A stretch of 20,000 nucleotides of DNA from Priapulus caudatus (Eukaryota): positions 881,462-901,461 of the forward strand of contig NW_014577068.1 of assembly GCF_000485595.1 (NCBI RefSeq), written 5' to 3'. Below, piece after piece: positions 11,388 to 20,000 of the stretch (its first letter is position 1; every line of letters starts with the position of its first letter). The translations under genes were made by a program, and so were the position numbers. Under the pieces are notes generated by a model. It had not been told where the DNA came from and made no database searches. It worked only from the letters and a program-made list of their open reading frames with translations.

Positions 11388-11872
11388 AGAGTGTATACAC
11401 TTATGTGGATGTGAACGGCTACAATTTCTTAGATAAATTTATTATTTAAAGAAGGTTTAAATGGATGTTTAACGAGGTTATTAATGTATATGCGATACAT
11501 TTTGTATCTATAAGATGCTGTACTGTAGTCACGGACCAAATAGCACTTAGTGTAGCAACTATAGCAACTACCACGTGTCCCGCTTTGCAATCATAAACAT
11601 GCATGAATTCGCACCAGCTGCGTTTTTTGCTTGGCGGTTGAAGTATATACTACGCATTCCACACACTAAAAAATTTCTCACGACATCACTACACCACCAT
11701 TTTTGCGCGCATAACAAAATACGTAAACAATTACGCGATTGCTAATTCGCCGAGCAGTTGAAGATATATGTCCAATCAACGACGGAATACATTAAGACGG
11801 GGCTATCGCTGACTGGCAGCAGCAGGATTATATATAGGACATTTATGGGAGTACTTCTGTTAACCTCTTAAC

Positions 11873-11885
11873 CACACACACACAC

Positions 11886-11930
<45 letters not shown>

Positions 11931-11945
11931 CACANNNNNNNNNNC

Positions 11946-11992
<47 letters not shown>

Positions 11993-12028
11993 CAGAGAGA
12001 CACACACACACACACACACACGACACAC

Positions 12029-12095
<67 letters not shown>

Positions 12096-12172
12096 CTCTC
12101 TCTCTCTTTCTCTCTCTCCCTTTCTCTCTGTCTTCCTGTATCCCTCTCCCTCTCTCTCCCCACCATCTCTTT
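11873..12172. repeat. Compound microsatellite (GCAC)n/(CA)n/(CT)n spanning an assembly gap
   Basis: Directly visible; 10 Ns at 11935-11944. Confidence 0.97.
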
Positions 12173-12178
12173 CCTCAA

Positions 12179-12414
12179 TCAGATGAGCGGTGTCGCCCTG
12201 CAGCACTTGTGAAGCTGACACGTGAAATTCCGAGAAAACACATTTCTATTGTATTTTAGATTCAATAGAATTCAACTAAAATTACTAACTTCGCTAAACG
12301 AGTTCAATTGTGATCGACCTTACAACACTAACATCGACCCTCCCCCCCATCCAACACTCTTCTTGGTCCACCGCATGACAGTCAGATGAGCACTGTTTCC
12401 CTGCGGCAATCGTT
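12179..12414 (+). mobile_element. Two candidate 3' ends of the HINE-like family (12179-12210 and 12381-12414)
   Basis: TCAGATGAGC at both sites is the exact reverse complement of 2559-2568. Each is followed by a similar tgt...ccctgc.gca segment ending in ttgt/cgtt. Confidence 0.45.
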
Positions 12415-13180
12415 GGTGTCATTGGCGATGTGTTTCACATTGACGTAGGTGCTAATATTTACTGAGAGTTGTGCTTCAACTATGCCGTGCAACTATATTT
12501 TACTGTCATACGTTGTTTATATACTGCTGGCAGGCTGGAGACTTATATTTCCACAGAATCGGTAACCTTCTAATTATCGTGTCTGGTCATGCATCGTGCG
12601 GATTATAACTTGCAAGCTCATTCTTCGGCTTGTCTTGTAATAATTTCTCTGACTAAATTGCCATGACATGTTGTCATCGTCAGATATATTAATTGTGAAT
12701 AATGCGATCCATGCAATGTTCACAATATGTTTGAAGTCTAGCTGTCTATGATACAGATATACAATACAATTCTGATTAATAAATGATATACATTACCACT
12801 ACTAATAGCACGAGTTACCATAATGTGGGTTTTATTGGTTTGAAACTGGCCTGAGTGGCAGAAACTACTCACTAGTGGAAATTAGTCTATTATTACCGTC
12901 CACATCAAGGCTAATTGCATGTTCTGTCAGTCGGCTGTGTCTAGCGATATATCGCTCAAAATTACGAGTCTCGAGCGAGAGTTAAAGCAGCCGAAGTTAA
13001 ACGTACACGACTTTTAATCATTGCAATTTCGGTGCGGACTAGTGGCACGTGATTGGCCTGCCGTGTCGTGAAGCTACTACTGTAGATCGAGAGATGCTAT
13101 TACCACTGCCTATAGCGATAAGTGCTTAAAACATGAAACGTTCGATATACCCCTCGGAGAGGCCCGTCGTTACTGTAAGG

Positions 13181-13206
13181 TATATATATATATATATATA
13201 TATATG
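13181..13206. repeat. (TA)n microsatellite
   Basis: Directly visible. Confidence 0.95.
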
Positions 13207-13507
13207 TATGACGATGCACCACATGTTTTATGGTGTAACCGAGTTAAATAGCGAACTCTGTAAATTCTCTTCGTGTATTACACACTTTTTTTGTATGCTA
13301 CATATAACAATAGGTTATAGTTCTATAAAAGCCGACTTCTTTAAATATTTCTTTGAATATATATCGTGATATACAGCGGGTAAAATGTGCTGTGGGAGTG
13401 TCATGCGGGTTGCCAGCAGCTCTCTCAGCCCTAGCAATGCTCCTTAGAGGACTACAGTGTTGGAAACTTGATTTCTAGATTTACTAGGTATTATTGTCAA
13501 ACGGCAC

Positions 13508-13721
13508 CTCTCTCTCTGTGCATGTAACCCTTCAGTCTCCTGGGCGACATGTGATCATTTGTGAACTCCCTCCATGTTGCTTGGTTGGTCGCCTTCTGCT
13601 CCATTTCCCTCCAGGTGTAGCCCTTCTCGAGTTCCGCCTCCGAGTCTCGCCTTCAGGTTACTTTAGGCCTTTCTGCCTGACGGCTTCCTTGCGGGTTCCA
13701 GCTCAGCGCCGTGCGAGGGAA
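13508..13721 (-). mobile_element. Decayed 3' end of an RTE-clade non-LTR retrotransposon
   Basis: My minus-strand translation from 13721 reads FPRTALSWNPQGSRQAERPKVT*RRDSEAELEKGYTWREMEQKATNQATWREF. This fits the RTE ORF C-terminal pattern (ALxWxPxGxRxxGRPxxTWRR...GxTW...A.dR..WR). The conserved Trp is mutated to TGA (13653-13655), and an (AG)n tail lies at 13508-13517. Confidence 0.85.
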
Positions 13722-13809
13722 ACCACGAAGTGCTTATTCAATAATACAAGATTTAAGCACTGCCTAAAAGCGGAGCTCTCGAACGTGAACGCAATTGCGA
13801 AACGTGTCT

Positions 13810-13957
13810 GCGAGCCAGCGAGCGGCGAGTCAGCAGCAGGCGAGTGAGTCAGCAGCAACCACCAGTGAGCGGCGAGTCAGCAGCCACCACCAGCGAGCGG
13901 CGAGTCAGCAGCAGGCGAGTCAGTCAGCAGCAGCCAGCAGCGAGCAGCGAGCCAGCT
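13810..13957. repeat. GC-rich minisatellite (CAGCGAGCGGCGAGTCAGCAGC core)
   Basis: Several imperfect copies of gcgagtcagcagc. Confidence 0.9.
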
Positions 13958-13981
13958 CGTAACACATACATGTTACATTCT

Positions 13982-14022
13982 GGCGGAGGTATGCACTCTC
14001 CGTGAGTGCCCTCTGTCTAGTT
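13982..14022 (+). mobile_element. 3' terminus of a second Helentron/HINE-like family
   Basis: GGCGGAGGTA subTIR-like motif, a GCACTC-tccgt-GAGTGC stem-loop (13993-14009), then CTAGTT (14017-14022). Confidence 0.6.
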
Positions 14023-14330
14023 TAAGATTGTGTACTGTACCTGTAAACTGTAAAGCAACAAATATAATCAGTATTTTCCACTTATTACTTAGCAGTTTTT
14101 CCCATAATCTCTCTTATCTCGCTCCAAACATTCTCGCGTCTTTGCACATCTTTGCAGGTCTTGCTGCCTACATCGTACAATTCTGAGTGATTTTGAATGA
14201 GTAAAAAGAGTTGCTCATCCATGTTTACCTCCTCCATGCTTGTGATATGCACTGACGTGACTCACGGTCAGGGTGGTGTGAGCAGAACACGTAATAAAAA
14301 AATCGTGTTGATTGGTTCAATTGTATTTTG

Positions 14331-14384
14331 CCGCACGGCACCGCACGGCACCGCACGGCGGCACGGGACGGATGCGAATGAGCC
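14331..14384. repeat. (CCGCACGGCA)x3 followed by a possible transposon terminus (GCGAATGAGCC)
   Basis: The 10-bp tandem is directly visible; no partner terminus found. Confidence 0.6.
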
Positions 14385-14533
14385 ATCAGAAATGAGGTCG
14401 ATGTGTTACCATTTTCTCTTAAGTATGGTGCTCCGCCGAAGGGCCGCGCAGGAGCTCCCCTATGATCGTAATAAATGTTACGTAATTCAATTGCCACTGT
14501 GCTGTATAGGATCATTGGTAGCGCTTATGCCCG

Positions 14534-14799
14534 GCGCACACGGTGAGTTTCGTGCTGAGCACGGATCTTACGAGCGGATGCCACTGTAGGTCATGTGACT
14601 GATCAAAATGGCAGAACCAATCAAAATGCGCCGCCACTGAGTGAGTGTAAGCAGGAGTCTCACATACCCGCACACGCTGTGTTTTCAGCCTCGCGAGACC
14701 AACATTATCAAACACGACAGATATTTTCCTCATCGCCTCGCGAGACCGAAAACTCACATCAATCTACCGCGCACGCGGTGAGATTCGTGCTGAGCACGG
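14534..14799. repeat. 31-bp direct repeats (14534-14564, 14769-14799) enclosing a 13-bp repeat pair GCCTCGCGAGACC (14688, 14735)
   Basis: 29/31 identity; palindromic cores CGTGCT-G-AGCACG and CTCGCGAG. Confidence 0.8.
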
Positions 14800-15496
14800 T
14801 CAAGAATGTTTCAAGATTAGGTACAGGAAAATGAGACTGTGTCACTGAAGGCAGGCAGATCTATAACACGAAATACCGACAGTAAGAGGGACTCCTGAGA
14901 ACGCACGTCATGCATTTATGATTATATATGAGCTTTTGAAAAGGATGCTAGCCAATAAACGAGACTATAGGCATGCATACGACACGTGGTTGCGGATTCA
15001 TAAAAATAACGTATAAAAATCTCAAATTGCTATTGACGTGATCATTGAGACTTTTACAGCGAGACCCATATATATATGGAGAAAGATATTTTCAGCTTTA
15101 TAATGGATACATACACCTCAGCGTTTATTTGTTTCTTTATTGACACCGTCACTTGCATGATTGGCGAATAATTACCATGACAAATTTGGGTAGCATATGG
15201 AAAATAGCGTTTTCAGTATAAAAGTGATAAATTCCGTACGCATGCAGCCATACGTATAATTGACCATTCGTTCGTATTGTGCCTCAAGGTGTATATATGC
15301 GAGGTGTAACGTTACGCACGGCGTTTGACATCGTGTAGTGTACTGTGTAAATTCGCGCATGTGGAGAAGTACTGTATTGCCGCGTTGTAGAATGTTACTT
15401 CTGGCTACAGATTTATCCGTGCACTACTATATGTACATGTTAGTTCTCATAGTCATCGGCAGTAGTAGCCGTAATACTTAGTAGTAGTACTAGTAT

Positions 15497-16193
15497 CAAG
15501 AGCAGATAAAGAAGGAGAGCGTACAAGGGTAAAACCATGCTGCAGTATTAGTCGAATTAATAAACTTTTCCCGTTTTATTTTGACGATCCTTTGCAGTAA
15601 TATTGATTAGCTGTCTTACCTTGTTCATATAAAACAAACCGCATGTCCCTACGATGCCCCTACGCTGAGATAATGAGCGGTGAAAATCTGGTATTTTCGC
15701 CGAAACCAGACTCGAGATCAGTGTGAACTGCGACTGTCTCTCGAAGTGTTTCCAGTGTGTTGCTTCCGGTCGCCGCTGTGTAGCGCCATAGTGGCGCTGA
15801 CTCACGTAATACTACCAGAGTTTACTATACATCCAGCGTGAGGTGGGCGTGAGGTGGGCACAGGTGGGGGTCATCACTATGGCAATCAATAACAGACGTC
15901 ATTCGGGACACGCGAGGTTTCCCGAAGTTATAACACTTCGGGAGAGGGACGCAGTTCACACTGATCTCGAGTCGGGTTTCGGCGAAAATACCAGATTTTC
16001 ACCGCTCATTATCTCAGCGTAGGGACATCGTAGGGACATGCGGTTTGTTTTATATGAACAAGGTAAGACAGCTAATCAATAATACTGCAAAGGATCGTCA
16101 AAATAAAACGGGAAAAGTTTATTAATTCGACTAATACTGCAGCATGGTTTCAGCAGTTTACCCTTGTACGCTCTCCTTCTTTACCTGCTCTTG
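15497..16193. mobile_element. Second foldback non-autonomous DNA transposon (697 bp), P/Galileo-like
   Basis: Arms 15497-15750 and 15932-16193 are reverse complements (a few substitutions and one 8-bp indel) around a ~181-bp spacer. Termini CAAGAGCAG...CTGCTCTTG. The 7-bp flanks CTAGTAT / GTAGTAG match at only 5/7. Confidence 0.85.
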
Positions 16194-16259
16194 GTAGTAG
16201 TATATAGCCGTAATAAGGTAATTATTATGCGCACGTTGCCTTGCTAGTTATATCCATGT

Positions 16260-16262
<3 letters not shown>

Positions 16263-16325
<63 letters not shown>
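16263..16325. repeat. (AT)n microsatellite
   Basis: Directly visible. Confidence 0.97.
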
Positions 16326-16329
16326 TCGA

Positions 16330-16420
16330 TTATCCGTGCACTACTTTATGTACATGTTAGATCTCATACTCATCGGTAGTAGTATAGCACTAATAAGGTA
16401 ATTAATATTCGCACGTTTCC
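16330..16420. repeat. Uninterrupted copy of the ~90-bp sequence flanking the 15497-16193 element
   Basis: 16330-16385 matches 15413-15468 and 16376-16420 matches 16193-16240. Confidence 0.85.
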
Positions 16421-17576
16421 CTGATTGTTCGGTTTCATATATTTCCATCATTGTAGCCCTTCCCTCTGCCACATGAGCAAAGCCATGGGATCTTTCTGAG
16501 GCGGAACGTATAGGGCTAGGTTTCATGCTATATAAGCTTCGTGCTCCACGTGCTATGCTGGTATATGTTTCAATCATCAGTTGCTCTGTTGATCCGATGC
16601 CACTTTGTGAATACGATTTTGTTAAGTAAGAGTGCGTTAGTAGCTGCCTTTTGTTTCAAGTTTGGCGGGCAATACGTTCGGATTGATGGCCAAAGAATGG
16701 ATAATCGTGTCGTACGTTTTGATCTGTATCTCCGGATTCCTGGTGTATACGAGAAAACGATTTCGCACGATGCTAAGCGAATGTATACTGTGTACGATTT
16801 GAGCTCAAGTTGGTTGAGTTACGCGCAGTAAATCGTGGGTATTCTAAGGCTAGTAAATGACGAATTTCCCTTGTTTATTGAAGTCACACTCTTTCCCTAT
16901 TATCTACTCCTGATGAAGGTGCATTGCGAAAACACGGACTAGTCACTGTATTAGCTTTATAAGTCTGCCTGATGACGTTGCTTCTGGGAATTTCACAAGG
17001 CGGTGCGTGGTATATAAAATTAACACCATGTTTGCTGTAACTGGAAAAAGGGAGGATTGCTACATTGGAAATCATTTTTGGTTTATTCGGTAGTTATTCA
17101 TTGCAATTTACAAACGACTTTTTACACTTATATCAGAATATTACGATGTAGAAAAATATTTCTTTGTTATTTGAAAACGTTATATATATACTCAATGTGA
17201 GTGAAATAAACAAACAAAATTGTTTTAATTAAAATTGTACGTGGATCGATCTTTTCAGATTTACTGTTGGAGTAATTAGATGAATTACTTGTTACATTTT
17301 TTTTTACAAAAAACAAAAACTTATATTTTATATTTATATTTCCTTACTCAGAATGTTGTGTTAATCATATATGAGACAGTTGGTTGCTAACAACGAGGTC
17401 CTCCCGCGTGGAAAACAAGCCTTAATTGGTAACAAAGTAAAGTGGCGATTACTCATCAGTATTATCAAAAATATATAAAGACAAAGGCTAATGAACTTAT
17501 ATGCGGTTCTGTTATTATCAATGAATCATGGACTGTCCTCCCAGGTTCCATTCTTCCAGTCATTGGCACGACGAAG

Positions 17577-17934
17577 ATTATTGCTGTGCAGTGTGTGCGT
17601 GCGTGCGTTCGTTCGTGCGTGCGTGCGTGTGCGTGTGCGTGCGTGCGCGTGCGTGTGCGCGTGCGTGTGCGTGTGCGTGTGCGTGCGCGTGCGTGCGTGT
17701 GTGTGTGGACGTGTGAGTGGGTGTACGTGTTACTCTGAGGTCGGCTATGCAATTGCATTGCAGTGTGGGTTCATGGTACTCTGCGTGGTCTAGCTAGCTA
17801 GCTAGCTATATGCTATTGATGTGCAGTACGCGTGTGTGGGTGCATGTACTGATGTAGAATATATGCTATTGATGTGCATTGTGTGGGTGGTACTGATGTA
17901 TGCTTAGGCTATATGTTATTACTGTGCAGTGTAT
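17577..17934. repeat. (GTGC)n/(GT)n microsatellite followed by a degenerate ~50-bp minisatellite
   Basis: Recurrent tatatgctattgatgtgca..gtgtgggt..gtactga units; microsatellite at 17591-17707. Confidence 0.85.
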
Positions 17935-19991
17935 TGAATATATTAATGACAGCTCCTAACTATATATGACACTCCTGAATATATTCATGCCTCTAACTAT
18001 ACATGAACACTCTGAAATATTATGACACCCTAACAATACATATCACTCCTGAACTATTATACAACTCCTAACTATATTATGACACTTCCTAGACTATACG
18101 CCATGACACTCTGAATATATTAATGACCCTCCTAACTATATCCAATGGACACTCCTGAATATATTATGACGCTCCCCCTTAAGAACTTAATATTAAAAAA
18201 AAATTGACACTCCTACTATATTATGACAACTCTAACTAATATTATGACAGCTCCTAACTATATTATGACACTCCTGACTAGTATTATGAGCACTCCTTAA
18301 TATATTAGACAGCTCCTAATTATACCATGACACTCCTTGAATATGATTATGACACTTGCCTGACTATATTATGACACTCCTTTGAACTATATTAGAACAT
18401 CTCCTGACTATATTATGCCACCCTGACTATATCATACACTCCTGGACTATATTATGACACTCGCTAACTAAGTATTAAATGTACACTCCTCGACTTAATT
18501 ATAACAATCTCCTAACTATTATTTATGACACTTCGCTAACTATACCATGCAACTCCATGACTATATTATGACAGCCCTGACTAATATCATGGACACTCCT
18601 GGCTATATTATGATACTCCTAACTTATTACTTATGAACACTCCGACTATATCATGACACTCCTGCCATATATTATGACACTCCTAACTATATTATGACCA
18701 CTCCTACTATACATCGACCACTCCTGACTATATTATCGACACTCTCTGACTATATCATGACACTCCTGGCATATACTCGACACTCCTACTATATTATGAA
18801 CACTCCTGACTATATTTATGTACCTCCTGAATATATATGACACTCGCTAACTATACCATGACACTCCTGGATATATAGACACTCCTGACTATATTTATGA
18901 CACTCCTAACTATATTATGACACTCCTGACTATAATTTATGACACTCCTGACTATATCATGACACTCCTGGCTATATTAATGACACTCCTAACTATAATC
19001 ATGTGACACTCTCTGCTATATTATGACACTCCTAACTATATTATGAACACTCCTGACTATATTATGACACTTCCGACTATATCATGACACTCCTGCTATA
19101 TTATGACACTCCTAACTATATGCATTACACTCCTGGCTATATTAGACACTCGGCTGAATATATTATGACACTCCTAACTATACCATGACACTCCTGAATA
19201 TATTATGACACTCCTAACTATACCATGACACTCCTGAATATATTATGACACTCCTAACTATATTATGACACTCCTAACTATACCATGACACTCCTGAATA
19301 TATTATGACACTCCTAACTATATTATGACACTCCTAACTATACCATGACACTCCTGAATATATTATTGACACCTGCCTAAGCTAAATACTTATGACACTC
19401 CTAACTAATACCATGACACTCGCTGAATATATTATGACACTCCTGACGTCATTATTATGAGCACTCCTCAAACTATACATGACACTGCCTGAATATATTA
19501 TGCAGTCCCTAACTATACATACACTCCTGAATAATTATGACACTGCCTAAACTATATTATGACACTCCTAACTATACCATGACACTCCTGAATATATTAT
19601 GACACTCCTGACGATATTATGGCAATCCTGAATATACCATGACACTCCTAACTATACGGCAACTGACACTCCTAACTATATCATACACTCCTGACTATAT
19701 AATTGAACTCCTAAACTATATGATGACACTCTGCTATATTCTGACATCCTAAACTATACATGACACCCCTGAATATATTATGACACTCCTTCAATATATT
19801 ATGACACTCTCTAACTAACTGACACTCCTGAATATATTATGACACTCCTAACTAATACCAATGACACTCCTGAATATATTTATGACACTCCTTAACCTAT
19901 ATATGAGCACTCCTAACTACTACCAGACGACTCCTGAATATAATTATGACACTCTAACTATATATGACACTCCTACCTATAGCCATGACAC
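17935..19991. repeat. Satellite array with a 20-bp monomer (TATTATGACACTCCTAACTA and variants such as TACCATGACACTCCTGAATA), roughly 100 copies
   Basis: Exact 20-bp register at 19161-19360; indel-rich elsewhere. Confidence 0.97.
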
Positions 19992-20000
19992 ATACGCTGG

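Noticed and set aside
13494..13847. 117-aa plus-strand ORF
   Set aside because: Antisense to the RTE relic; the meaningful frame is on the minus strand.
13523..13976. Solo LTR bounded by TGTAAC...GTTACA
   Set aside because: No TSD, and the left half is better explained as an RTE 3' end.
17536..17592. Possible small exon after tcctcccag
   Set aside because: No convincing donor site or neighbouring exons; cannot be supported without RNA data.
17935..19991. CRISPR-like array
   Set aside because: Monomers are head-to-tail with no unique spacers, there are no cas genes, and the context is eukaryotic.

Overview
Non-coding metazoan DNA, probably from a lophotrochozoan invertebrate (inferred from the repeat types). 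No intact protein-coding gene, rRNA, tRNA or CRISPR array is supported, and the ORF-track entries look like chance or repeat-derived frames. The window is a dense mosaic of non-autonomous mobile elements whose ends can be read directly. These are: a hAT-type element (6851-7687, 8-bp TSD) nested in one of two Helentron/HINE-like copies; two foldback elements with 250-320 bp arms and related CA..TG termini (7831-8517 with a 7-bp TSD, and 15497-16193; P/Galileo-like by inference); a Kolobok-like element (9412-10285, TTAA TSD); a 167-bp MITE carrying (TTAGGG)6 (10381-10547, 9-bp TSD); a decayed RTE LINE 3' end; and a probable MetaSINE fragment. There are also several micro- and minisatellites and a ~2 kb 20-bp satellite at the right end. 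The most unusual observation is that the satellite monomer closely resembles the terminal ~36 bp of the 7831-8517 foldback element. All family assignments come from structure and recalled motifs, not database searches.
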